This document shows, piece after piece, positions 32,383 to 41,262 of a stretch of 64,000 nt of DNA; the stretch's first letter is position 1; each line of letters starts with the position of its first letter. The stretch lies in assembly GCA_044344255.1 (NCBI GenBank), contig JBIJDH010000001.1, positions 320,001 to 384,000 of the forward strand, written 5' to 3'. The stretch comes from Myxococcota bacterium. Lineage in GTDB: Bacteria > Myxococcota_A > UBA796 > UBA2385. Both the position numbers and the translations under genes were made by a program. Below the pieces are notes generated by a model. The model ran no database searches. It was not told the DNA's origin and saw only the letters and a program-made list of their open reading frames with translations.

Positions 32383-34868
32383 CGGTTGGTCTCCACGGGG
32401 CTGGGCTCCACGGGGCTCTGCTCGGTATTCCTGTTCTCGGTCCCTGGAGCCGAGCTTGGAGACGGCGTGTCCGACCGGCCGGGGCCACGGTTGGAGCGGC
32501 GGACGACGTCCTCGAGCTGATCAAGGGCCCCACAGACCCGCCCGAAGAGCGTGGCGGGATCGGCCTCGTCGGCGCGGCCCGCCGGCAGATCACAGAGCAG
32601 CGCGAGGGCCTCCTCCACGCGCTCCACCGCCCAGACGTGGAAGAGACCCGCGGCGCAGGCCTCGACCACCACTTCGTCGAGGCAGAGGTCGGCGGCGTTC
32701 TGCTTGGGGATGATGACCCCCTGCTCGCCGGTGAGCCCCCGCGCGGCGCAGAGCCGGAAGAACCCCTCGATCTTCTCGTTGACGCCGCCGATCGGCTGGA
32801 TGAGGCCGAGCTGATCCACGCTGCCGGTGACCGCCCGCCCCTGGAGCACGGGCACAGTGGCCACCGCGCTCAAGAGCACGCAGAGCTCCGCCATGCTGGC
32901 GCTGTCCCCATCGATCTTGCCGTAGTGCTGCTCGACGGAGAGGCTGGCGTTGAGGGCCAGCGTGCGGGTGCGCCCGAAGCGGCCGAGGAGGAAGCCCGAG
33001 AGCACCTGCACCCCCTTGTGGTGGATGCGCCCCGAGAGGCCCACCTGGCGCTCGATGCTCACCACGCCCCCACGGCCGGCCCCCGCCGTCGCGGTGATCC
33101 GCAGCGGGCGCCCAAAGTCGTGCCCGCCGGCATGATAGACCGCGAGGCCGTTGACCTGTCCCACCACGGCGCCGTCGGTGCGGACGTGGATGAGGTCTTT
33201 GATCAGCGCCTCTCGGGACCGCCGCTCGGCCCCGCCCTGCCGCTCGGCCCGGAATTGGAGGGCCCGCCCGACGTCCTCCCGGGTGACGAGGGGGCCGGCC
33301 GCGAGGAAGTCGGCCTCGCGCGCGAGGTCGGAGAGGGCGCCCATCGCGAGGCGGATGTGGCCGCTCTGTCCGCCCTCACGCACCGCCCACTCGATGATCG
33401 CCGCGACCGCGTCTCGCCGCAGGGGGCGCTGCTTCTCCCGCACGTTGATGCGGGCCAGGACGGCGGCGATACGAAGCGGGGTGTCGGGGCCGAGCTCGCC
33501 GTCCTCGTCAACCTCCGCCTTGATCTTGAAGATGCTCGGGAAGTCGGGGTCCGTGTTGAAGAGGATGGCGTGGGTGAGGTCGTCGCCGATGAGCACGACC
33601 TTGACGTCCAGCGGGATGGGATCGGGGCGGAGCACGGCGACCACACCGGGGGCGGTCTCGAGGTTCTGCAGACCAAGCTCACCGAACACCATCGCCCGCT
33701 TCAGGGTCTTCCATGAGCCGGACTCCATCAGCAGGTCTGCCGCGTGGAGGACGAGGAAGCCGCCGTCGGCGTCGTGGAGGGCCCCTGCGCGGAGGTGGGT
33801 GTGGTCCGCGGGGCGGCCCTGCGCGCCGTCGTGCGCGATGCCCCCGAACAAGTTCATGAAGGTGGGATCGGGCACCACGACGATGGGGGCCTGTCGGCCT
33901 CGCCCGCCGCGGTGAAGCAAATTGACATGAAAAGCGCCGAGGATCTCAGGCGCCGGCTCGCCGTCTCGCCCGGGCTCCTCATCGGCGGACAGCCGCCCGT
34001 CGCGGAAGGCGTCGAGCTGCTCCCCCACCGCCTCATGGAGCTCACGCAGCCAGGCGCGGGCCGCCTTGACCTTCTCCCCGACGTCGGCGAAGAGCGGCGA
34101 GGTCTCGGCGAGCACCGCCCGCTTCTCCTCCGCCCCCACATCGCGTGTGGCCTGCATCGCGAGGCGCCGCGCGCCGCTGATCACACGGGCGAGGTGGTCT
34201 TCGAGGAGGTTGAAGCCGGCCTCGATCTCCTCGATCGGCCGATCGAGCTTGCCCTCGTGCGCGAGGAGGTAGACCTCGGGGCGCGTCTTGGGCTCCTCCT
34301 TGAGCATCAGCACGATGGTGGGGGAGGCGTCCTCCCCCTCCCCCTCCTCGCCCACCGCGAAGCCCTGCTCCTTCACCCGCTCCTGGAGCTCGATGAGCGG
34401 GTGGCGCTGGGCCTTCTCCATCTCGCGGAGGATCTGGTCCCGCCGCTGTCGCACGGGCTCGGAGTCGAGGATGCGGGGGATCTCGTCAAAGAGGAGGTTC
34501 AGGAGCTCGGTGACCGCCTTGCGGAGGACCAGGCCGGCGCCCGCGGGGAGCTCGAGCAGCTGTGGGCGGGAGGGGTCCCCGAGGTTGCGGACATAGGCGA
34601 AGTCTCGCCGACGACGGCGCTGCGGGGCGAGGTCTCGCAGGATTCGCTCAATGGTGTGCAGGCGCCCGCCGCTGTTGAGCCCGGAGACGAAGAGGTTGTA
34701 GCCGGGGCGCTCCATCGCCACCCCCTGCGCGATGGCCCGCAGCGCGGCGTCTTGCCCGACGATCGTGTGAGAGGGCGCGATCTCACGGGTGTCGGCGAAG
34801 GGCAGCCCACCCTCGGGGACGCGCCAGCGGAGCTTCTCGGCAGGCAGGGACAAGGCCAGCGAGGACAT
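32379..34868 (-). CDS. Lon-like S16 protease with AAA_32-type N-terminal region (LonC/YcbZ-like)
   Basis: IVGQDAA, GALHDADGGFL, GQVNGL, DGDSAS (Ser), NEKIEGFF (Lys); start taken at ATG 34868. Confidence 0.88.
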   Translation of the reverse strand: MSSLALSLPAEKLRWRVPEGGLPFADTREIAPSHTIVGQDAALRAIAQGVAMERPGYNLFVSGLNSGGRLHTIERILRDLAPQRRRRRDFAYVRNLGDPSRPQLLELPAGAGLVLRKAVTELLNLLFDEIPRILDSEPVRQRRDQILREMEKAQRHPLIELQERVKEQGFAVGEEGEGEDASPTIVLMLKEEPKTRPEVYLLAHEGKLDRPIEEIEAGFNLLEDHLARVISGARRLAMQATRDVGAEEKRAVLAETSPLFADVGEKVKAARAWLRELHEAVGEQLDAFRDGRLSADEEPGRDGEPAPEILGAFHVNLLHRGGRGRQAPIVVVPDPTFMNLFGGIAHDGAQGRPADHTHLRAGALHDADGGFLVLHAADLLMESGSWKTLKRAMVFGELGLQNLETAPGVVAVLRPDPIPLDVKVVLIGDDLTHAILFNTDPDFPSIFKIKAEVDEDGELGPDTPLRIAAVLARINVREKQRPLRRDAVAAIIEWAVREGGQSGHIRLAMGALSDLAREADFLAAGPLVTREDVGRALQFRAERQGGAERRSREALIKDLIHVRTDGAVVGQVNGLAVYHAGGHDFGRPLRITATAGAGRGGVVSIERQVGLSGRIHHKGVQVLSGFLLGRFGRTRTLALNASLSVEQHYGKIDGDSASMAELCVLLSAVATVPVLQGRAVTGSVDQLGLIQPIGGVNEKIEGFFRLCAARGLTGEQGVIIPKQNAADLCLDEVVVEACAAGLFHVWAVERVEEALALLCDLPAGRADEADPATLFGRVCGALDQLEDVVRRSNRGPGRSDTPSPSSAPGTENRNTEQSPVEPSPVETNR

Positions 34869-35026
34869 GCCGCGCTCAGGCAGGGGAAAGACCAACTCGG
34901 GCACGGCGCCTCCGGAGGCGCCCCCTATCGCGGAGCGCGGTCCACCGGCGGCGGAACCCACTTCGCGGACTGTGATAGGCTCCACGCGACAGGTCGTGAA
35001 GGGTCGGGGCCTCACATGGGGAGCGG

Positions 35027-35533
35027 ATGACACCTTCTTCTGGGGACTCCCCTGCCGCTGGGATCACCGCGCAGGGTCGCGCGACGGGTGAGGATGAGGA
35101 GGCCGCGCCGCGCCCGGTGTCCTGGCGCGTGCTGGTGGTGGACGACGAGCCCGACGTCCGCGAGGTGCTCGCTGACTTCCTGGTCGCGATCGGGCACACC
35201 GTCCGCGCTGTGCCCAGCGGCCGCGAGGCGCTCGACCACCTCGCCCTGGGGGTCCATCCTCCGTACGACCTCGCGCTGGTAGACTGGCACATGCCCGGCA
35301 TCGGCGGCCGGGACGTCGCCCAGGGCATCCGCGACCTCGCCCCGACCACCCGCGTCCTGCTGACCACCGGAGAGCTGACCGAGAGCATTCGGGGCGGCAA
35401 AGAAGGGAAGTGCTGGGTTGACGTGGTTCGAAAACCGTACTCGCTAAGAGACCTTCGAGACCGCATGGCGAAGGCGATGGTGGAGCCCCCGTCGCCCGCC
35501 CCGCCCCTCCCCGACGGCTCCGCACCTCGGTGA
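35027..35533 (+). CDS. Single-domain response regulator (receiver)
   Basis: VLVVDDE, DWHMPG (phospho-Asp), TTG, KPY. Confidence 0.85.
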   Translation: MTPSSGDSPAAGITAQGRATGEDEEAAPRPVSWRVLVVDDEPDVREVLADFLVAIGHTVRAVPSGREALDHLALGVHPPYDLALVDWHMPGIGGRDVAQGIRDLAPTTRVLLTTGELTESIRGGKEGKCWVDVVRKPYSLRDLRDRMAKAMVEPPSPAPPLPDGSAPR

Positions 35534-35554
35534 CAACTGGAGACGCAATTCTGC

Positions 35555-35583
35555 TTGCCAGCTCACCTGAAGCGGTCTAAGAT
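35555..35583 (+). promoter_or_regulatory. Sigma70-type promoter
   Basis: TTGCCA (35555-35560), 17-nt spacer, TAAGAT (35578-35583). Confidence 0.7.
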
Positions 35584-35589
35584 AAAAAC

Positions 35590-35873
35590 ATCAGAGGACG
35601 GTCGCTCCCGCACCGCCTTCGACCCGCTCTAACGAACACTCCAGCAGCTCCTCCTCTTCGTGGCCTTCGGGCTCACGCGGCGCGAGAGGGCTCGGATCCC
35701 GGAATATAGTCTCCCCCGCCGGACACCACCTGGCAATCGTCTCAGCGTCTCCTCCATCTTCAATGCGGTGAGGGCCGTTTGGGGGGGACTCTATTCCGGG
35801 GTTTTCGTTTGTTCGTCCTGAGTCGCCGGAGCCCCCGACCACACCCTTCAGGGTGTCGCAGTCGGGGGTTTTT
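35590..35873 (+). ncRNA. Candidate structured non-coding RNA (family unassigned)
   Basis: Lies between a promoter and a terminator with no convincing ORF; several long complementary stems and a UUCG tetraloop. Confidence 0.6.
35832..35873 (+). terminator. Intrinsic terminator
   Basis: CCCCCGAC..ACACCC-TTCA-GGGTGT..GTCGGGGG followed by TTTTT. Confidence 0.8.
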
Positions 35874-36357
35874 GCTTGGGAGATCCTTCCTCTCCTGTCG
35901 GCTGGGCTCCACCCGGCGGCGGCGCTCCACCCGGCGGCGGCGCTCCACCCGGCGGCGGCGCTCCACCCGGCGGCGGCCCGACGCCTCCACCGCGCTGCCC
36001 AGGGCCGCCCTCCTCTTTCAGGAGCTCCCGGTGCAGGTGGGGACGACCGACCAGCACCCGGCAGCGCTCCTCGAGCGTCTTCTCCTGGATGCGGTCGCAG
36101 TACTGGTAGGAGCTGGGATCGACCTCCCGGGTGACCGTGAGCCAGATGAAGTCGCGGACCAGAGGGTCGCTCACGTGGGACTCCACCGCGCGGACGCCGG
36201 CCTTGGGATCGCCGCGAAAGAGCTCCGGCGCGGCGCTGACCCAGCACTCATCGGCCGACTTACCGGGAGACATCGCCTCACAGTCGGCGGCGCTCGGGGT
36301 GCCGGCGGTGCCGCCGCAGGCGGAGAGCAGGAGAAGGACGAGGGAGTGCTGGCGCAC
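35848..36357 (-). CDS. Hypothetical lipoprotein with GGAPPP repeats
   Basis: Lipobox LSAC, four further Cys, 18-bp tandem repeat around 35906-35977. Confidence 0.65.
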   Translation of the reverse strand: MRQHSLVLLLLSACGGTAGTPSAADCEAMSPGKSADECWVSAAPELFRGDPKAGVRAVESHVSDPLVRDFIWLTVTREVDPSSYQYCDRIQEKTLEERCRVLVGRPHLHRELLKEEGGPGQRGGGVGPPPGGAPPPGGAPPPGGAPPPGGAQPTGEEGSPKQKPPTATP

Positions 36358-36477
36358 GCATCACCGGCGGGTGGGGAGGGCGGGGTCGCGGCAGGGGGAT
36401 GGCGCCGCAGGGCAGCTTGCACCGGTGCGCGAGAGGGGGCAAGCGGCGCGTCTCCCCCAGCGGAATAGGAGCGGCGG

Positions 36478-37314
36478 ATGCTGCCCTCACCCTTGACCCG
36501 CGATGCCCCTCGGTCCGCTCCGCCCGCGCTGATGCTGCTGGTCGGCCTCCTCGGCTGCTCCCGCCGCCTGGAGCTCTCGGAGGAGGTCCCGAAGGCAGAT
36601 CCCACCTCCGCCTGGCGCGAGGTGTTGGAGGCGGCCATCCAGCCCGAAGGCCTGAGCTACGCCCACGTCGAGGCCCACCGGGCCGAGCTCCAGCGCTACC
36701 TCGCCTGGGTGGGCGAGCACGGGCCCATCACCGACGGCTACAAGGAGTCGGCGGAGGACAAGCGGATCAGCTTCCTGGTCAACGCCTACAACGCCTGGGT
36801 CATCGAGGCCGTGCTCCAGAACGCGCCCCTCACGAGCGTCCAGGACCTCTCTTTCGCGCCCTGGAGCCTCAAGCCGGGGATGAGCTTCTTCCTCGGGCAG
36901 CAGATCCGCGTCGATTCGAACAACACCACCTTGTACCGCCTCGAGCGTCACTCCATCGTCAGCCGCTACCAGGAGCCGCTGCTGCACGTCGCGCTCAACT
37001 GCGCGAGCCGCGGCTGTCCGCCCCTGCGCTGGTGGCCCGAGTCCGGCCTCCAAGCCACTTTGCAGGCGAGTATCCGGGCCTGGCTCGCCACCGAGACCGG
37101 CATGCAGCCCATGGGCGACGGCTACGGGGTGAGCGAGATCTTCTTCTGGTACGAGGATGACTTCCTCGACTGGACCGACGCCCGGGATCTCTGCGAATTC
37201 CTCGCCCCCTACACCAAGGGAGAGCGGCACGAGTGGCTGGCCCGAAACAGCGAAGACTGCCCGCTGCAGCGGATCCCCTACGACTGGTCGCTGAACGTTG
37301 CCCCCGCGGACTGA
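36478..37314 (+). CDS. DUF547-domain lipoprotein
   Basis: FLVNAYNA, HVALNCASRGCPPL, SEIFFWYEDDF, YDWSLN; lipobox LLGC. Confidence 0.85.
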   Translation: MLPSPLTRDAPRSAPPALMLLVGLLGCSRRLELSEEVPKADPTSAWREVLEAAIQPEGLSYAHVEAHRAELQRYLAWVGEHGPITDGYKESAEDKRISFLVNAYNAWVIEAVLQNAPLTSVQDLSFAPWSLKPGMSFFLGQQIRVDSNNTTLYRLERHSIVSRYQEPLLHVALNCASRGCPPLRWWPESGLQATLQASIRAWLATETGMQPMGDGYGVSEIFFWYEDDFLDWTDARDLCEFLAPYTKGERHEWLARNSEDCPLQRIPYDWSLNVAPAD

Positions 37315-37419
37315 TCTCTGCCCGGCCGCTTCGCCGCCGATCGACCTTCCCCCCCAGCCGAGTTAGAGCGCGACCCCCGCCGCCCCTCGCGAGAGGGTCG
37401 GCCGCCCGAGGGAGGGCCC

Positions 37420-38394
37420 ATGGCCGACATCAAGCAGCCCGAGCTCACCTCCAGCGACCGCCCCAAGGCGGGCCCGCGGCCCCCGAAGCCGCCCTGGTTG
37501 AAGGTCAAGATGCCCTCCGGCGAGCGCTATGCCGGCATCAAGGGCCGAGCCCGCGCGCTGGGCCTGCACACCGTCTGTGAAGAGGCGAAGTGCCCGAACA
37601 TCGGCGAGTGCTGGGGCGGCGGCACCGCGACCTTCATGGTGATGGGCGGGATCTGCACGCGCGGCTGCCGCTTCTGCGCCGTCGACACCCGGCGCACCGG
37701 GATGCCGCTCGATCCCGCCGAGCCCGCCAACGTCGCGGCGGCGATCGCCGAGATGGGCCTCGACTACGTGGTGGTCACGAGCGTGGACCGCGATGACCTC
37801 GAAGACCAGGGCTCCGGCCACTTCGCCGCCTGCATCCAGACGATCCGCGCCCAGAACCCCCACACCCTCGTCGAGGTGCTCATCCCCGACTTCCGCGGAG
37901 ATGAGGCCCTGATCGCGCGGGTGGTGGCCGCCCGCCCCGACGTGCTGGCCCACAACGTCGAGTGTGTGGAGCGCCTCACCCCCACCGTGCGCGACCCCCG
38001 GGCCGGCTACGCCCAGAGCCTCGCCGTGCTGGCGGCGGTCAAGCGGCAGGACCCCGAGCGCCTCACAAAGTCGAGCATCATGGTGGGCGTGGGGGAGACC
38101 GAGGCCGAGGTGGTGGAGACGATGCGCGCGCTCCGTGCGGTCGGCTGCGACTTCCTGACCATCGGCCAGTACCTCCAGCCCACGCAGAAGCACCTCGCCG
38201 TGACCGAGTTCATCCCCCCCGAGCAGTTCGACCGCTACCGCGACATCGGCGTCGAGCTCGGCTTCGCGTATGTGGCCAGCGGTCCGCTCGTCCGCAGCTC
38301 CTATCGGGCCGGCGAATTCTTCATCCGCCAGCACCTCCGCAGCGCGGCCGGCCCGCTGCCCACCGACGCGGCGCCCCTCGAGGACTCTCCGTGA
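37420..38394 (+). CDS. lipA: Lipoyl synthase
   Basis: CEEAKCPNIGEC, CTRGCRFC, VRSSY. Confidence 0.96.
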   Translation: MADIKQPELTSSDRPKAGPRPPKPPWLKVKMPSGERYAGIKGRARALGLHTVCEEAKCPNIGECWGGGTATFMVMGGICTRGCRFCAVDTRRTGMPLDPAEPANVAAAIAEMGLDYVVVTSVDRDDLEDQGSGHFAACIQTIRAQNPHTLVEVLIPDFRGDEALIARVVAARPDVLAHNVECVERLTPTVRDPRAGYAQSLAVLAAVKRQDPERLTKSSIMVGVGETEAEVVETMRALRAVGCDFLTIGQYLQPTQKHLAVTEFIPPEQFDRYRDIGVELGFAYVASGPLVRSSYRAGEFFIRQHLRSAAGPLPTDAAPLEDSP

Positions 38395-39257
38395 ACCACG
38401 CCCCGACTCCACCCGTGAACACGCTCCTCCCCGCGGCGCTGCGGGCGCTCCTCACCGATGACCCGCGGGTGCACCTGCTCGGCGAAGCGGTAGACCTCTC
38501 CCCGGCCACCGCGGGGCTGCGCGCCGCCTTCCCGGGGCGGGTGCACCTCCTCCCCGCCGCCGACGCGACCCTGACGGGGATCGCCGTCGGCATGGCCTTC
38601 GGCGGCGCGCGACCGATCGTCGAGCTCTCGGGCCCCGCCTCGATCTGGGGGGCCCTGCAGCAGCTCGGGCAAGAGGCGGCGCCCGCCCGCCGCGCCGGCG
38701 AGTTTCGCTGCGGGGTCGTGCTGCGCGTCCCCGTGGGCCCAGGGGAGCCCCTCCCGCTCGACCTCCTCGCCGGGGTGCCTGAGCTCGGGGTGGCCGTGGC
38801 CTCCTCCGCCCAGGACGCGGTGGACCTCCTCCGCTCCGCCCTCGCGGGTGACCAGCCGGTGGTGATCTTCGAGCCGGCGATGGCCCTCGCCCGCCCCGCC
38901 GCCGCGGGCACCCCGGCGCGCAGCATCGGTGCGGCTCGCCTCGCTCGCGAGGGTGACCGCGCGACGCTGCTCGCCCACGGCGACGGCGTCGCGGTGGCCC
39001 TCGCCGCCGCGGAGCGCCTCGCCGGAGAGGGCGTGGAGATCGAGGTGCTCGACCTCGGGAGCCTCCAGCCCCTCGACCGGGCGGCCCTCTCGGAGCGGGT
39101 GCAGCGGACCGGCCGCGCCCTCGTCGTCGGCGGCCCCCTCGGGCTGCTCTCCACCGTCACCGAGCTCGCCTTCCTCCGCCTCGAGGCCCCGCCGGTCGTG
39201 GTCCCGGCCGAGCTCGAGGCCGTCACCGCCGCCCTCCGGCTGGCCCTGAGTTTCTGA
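38391..39257 (+). CDS. Degenerate 2-oxoacid dehydrogenase E1-beta-like protein
   Basis: GTG overlapping lipA stop; LLGE, GIAVGMA..RPIVE, PVVIFEP, EVLDL..LQPLD; catalytic motifs eroded. Confidence 0.72.
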   Translation: MNHAPTPPVNTLLPAALRALLTDDPRVHLLGEAVDLSPATAGLRAAFPGRVHLLPAADATLTGIAVGMAFGGARPIVELSGPASIWGALQQLGQEAAPARRAGEFRCGVVLRVPVGPGEPLPLDLLAGVPELGVAVASSAQDAVDLLRSALAGDQPVVIFEPAMALARPAAAGTPARSIGAARLAREGDRATLLAHGDGVAVALAAAERLAGEGVEIEVLDLGSLQPLDRAALSERVQRTGRALVVGGPLGLLSTVTELAFLRLEAPPVVVPAELEAVTAALRLALSF

Positions 39258-39293
39258 ACCCCCGCGCCGCCCGGCGGCCAGGAGCGAGAGCCC

Positions 39294-40610
39294 ATGTTTG
39301 TGTTCGTGCTGCCCGAGATCGGAGAGGGCGTCGTCGAAGGCGAGATCGTGAAGTGGCTCGTCGTCGAGGGAGACACGATCCGTAAGGATCAGCCCGTCGC
39401 CGAGGTGATGACCGACAAGGCCACCGTGGAGATCACCTCCCCCCGCGCAGGCCGCATCAGCCGCCGTCACGGGAGCGAGGGCACGATCATCAAGGTGCAC
39501 ACCCCGCTGGTCGACATCGAGGAGGGGGCCGGCGCCGCGCCCGCCCCGGCCGCCCATGCGCCGAAGGCCGCTCCCGCCGCCCCGGCTCCGGCCCCAAAGG
39601 CCGCGCCGGTCGCCGTCCCCGTGAAGGCGCCGGTCGCCGCGCCCGCCGGGTTGGCCGCGCCGGTCGCCGCCCCGGTGAAGGCGCCGGTCGCCTCGCTGCC
39701 GGTCGCCGAGCCCGCCGCCCGCAGCGGCGCCAAGACCCTCGCCACCCCCGCCGTGCGCTCGCACGCCCGCTCGGCCGACGTCGACATCGCCGAGGTGCCC
39801 GGCTCTGGCAAGGGCGGGCGGGTCACCCACCAGGACATCGAGGCCTTCGTCGCCCACCCCGCTGAGGTCAAGGCCCCGCCGGCCGTGCAGGCGCCGGCCC
39901 CCGTCCAGGGCGACGAGCGGGTGCGCATCATCGGGCTCCGCCGGAAGATCGCCGAGAAGATGGTGCAGTCCTACCAGAGCGTCCCCCACTTCTGCTACGT
40001 GGACGAGGTCGACTGCACGAACCTCTACGCGCTGCGGAAGGAGCTCGCCCCGCTGGCCGAGCAGGGCGGGGTGAAGCTCACCTACATCCCCTTCATCATC
40101 AAGGCGCTCTGCAAGGTCTTCCGGGAGTTCCCCACCGTCAACGCGGTGATGGACGAGGCCGCCTTCGAGCTCGTGCTGCGGAGCCAGGTCAACATCGGCA
40201 TCGCCACCGACTCCCCGGCCGGCCTCTACGTGCCGGTGGTCAAGGACTGCGCGAACAAGAGCATCCTCGAGCTCGCCGCGGAGATCGCCGACCTCTCGCT
40301 GCGCACCCGCCAGGGGAAGGTCTCCCTCGCCGAGCTGCAGGGCGGCAGCTTCACCATCACCTCGGTGGGCAACATCGGCGGGCGCTTCGCGACCCCGATC
40401 ATCAACTCGCCCGAGGTGGCCATCCTCGGCGTGAACCAGATCCACGACCGGCCGATGGCCATCGACGGGGCCGTGGTCATCCGCAAGATGATGTACCTGT
40501 CCCCCTCCTTTGACCACCGCGTCATCGACGGCGCCGTGGCCGCCCGCTTCGTCTCCGCCCTCAAGGCCGTGCTCGAGCAGCCCACCCAGCTCCTCCTGGA
40601 GCTCCGGTGA
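39294..40610 (+). CDS. 2-oxoacid dehydrogenase E2 (dihydrolipoamide acyltransferase)
   Basis: Lipoyl motif MTDKA, Ala/Pro linker, PSBD ATPAVR..GSGKGGRVT, catalytic DHRVIDG. Confidence 0.93.
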   Translation: MFVFVLPEIGEGVVEGEIVKWLVVEGDTIRKDQPVAEVMTDKATVEITSPRAGRISRRHGSEGTIIKVHTPLVDIEEGAGAAPAPAAHAPKAAPAAPAPAPKAAPVAVPVKAPVAAPAGLAAPVAAPVKAPVASLPVAEPAARSGAKTLATPAVRSHARSADVDIAEVPGSGKGGRVTHQDIEAFVAHPAEVKAPPAVQAPAPVQGDERVRIIGLRRKIAEKMVQSYQSVPHFCYVDEVDCTNLYALRKELAPLAEQGGVKLTYIPFIIKALCKVFREFPTVNAVMDEAAFELVLRSQVNIGIATDSPAGLYVPVVKDCANKSILELAAEIADLSLRTRQGKVSLAELQGGSFTITSVGNIGGRFATPIINSPEVAILGVNQIHDRPMAIDGAVVIRKMMYLSPSFDHRVIDGAVAARFVSALKAVLEQPTQLLLELR

Positions 40611-41209
40611 CCGCCCCGGCCGCAGGCCCCCTCGCCGCCCTGCTGGAGGCGGAGGGGCGGCTGAACGCGCTCGGTCCTCTGCCCTTCCCGCTGCCGCTCG
40701 GGCGGACGGCGCCGGTGGTGGCGGGCGCCTTCACCGGCATGGGGCGCGGCGACTGGGCGGTGACCGGCCCCCGGGAGCGCATCGGCGCCGTCCTCCGCGG
40801 CTGCGGGGTGGAGCGCCTGCTCGACCCCGCCGCGGGGGCCCGGCCCTACAAGCTGCTCCCCGTCTCCGCCGCGCCGGGTAACCGGGCGCTACACGCGGTA
40901 GGCTTGGCGATCCAGAGCGGCGGCCCCGTGCTCTGCATGCTCGGCCTCGCCTCCGCGGCCTCGGGTGCGCTCCACGAGGCCCTGAACAGCGCCGCGCTCT
41001 CCGGCGCCCGAGTGGTCTTCGTGCTGACGGTGATGGAGCTCGGAGATGACGCGCCGATCGGCCCGCAGCTCGCCGCCTCCCCCGCCGCCCTCGCCGCGGC
41101 CTACGGCCTCCCGGCCGAGGTCGTAGAGGGGACGGTCGAGGCCGTGGCCGCCGCGGTCTCCGTCGCCCGCCTGCGCACCACCGCCAGCCTGATCGTCGCT
41201 CGCATTTAG
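40607..41209 (+). CDS. Short degenerate E1-alpha-like protein (200 aa)
   Basis: GDWAV..PRE, HAVGLA, GALHEALN.AAL..ARVVFV; lacks GDG and NN of the ThDP motif. Confidence 0.68.
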   Translation: MTAPAAGPLAALLEAEGRLNALGPLPFPLPLGRTAPVVAGAFTGMGRGDWAVTGPRERIGAVLRGCGVERLLDPAAGARPYKLLPVSAAPGNRALHAVGLAIQSGGPVLCMLGLASAASGALHEALNSAALSGARVVFVLTVMELGDDAPIGPQLAASPAALAAAYGLPAEVVEGTVEAVAAAVSVARLRTTASLIVARI

Positions 41210-41262
41210 AACATATCCGGCGTTACACGCCTGTTACTCATATAAATCTATCGAGGATCATC

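Noticed and set aside
32379..34868. Degenerate Walker A (SGLNSGGR) in the Lon-like protease as a novelty
   Set aside because: ATP-independent LonC/YcbZ-type proteases with degenerate AAA modules are already known; the Ser-Lys dyad is intact
35590..35873. Assignment of the ncRNA candidate to tmRNA, RNase P, SRP, 6S or a retron msr-msd
   Set aside because: No recognisable signature sequences, no zapA/ygfA context for 6S and no reverse transcriptase nearby; left unassigned
35906..35977. 18-bp repeat (GGAPPP) and other short coding repeats (44587-44634, 47068-47106)
   Set aside because: In-frame low-complexity linker expansions with no sign of special function
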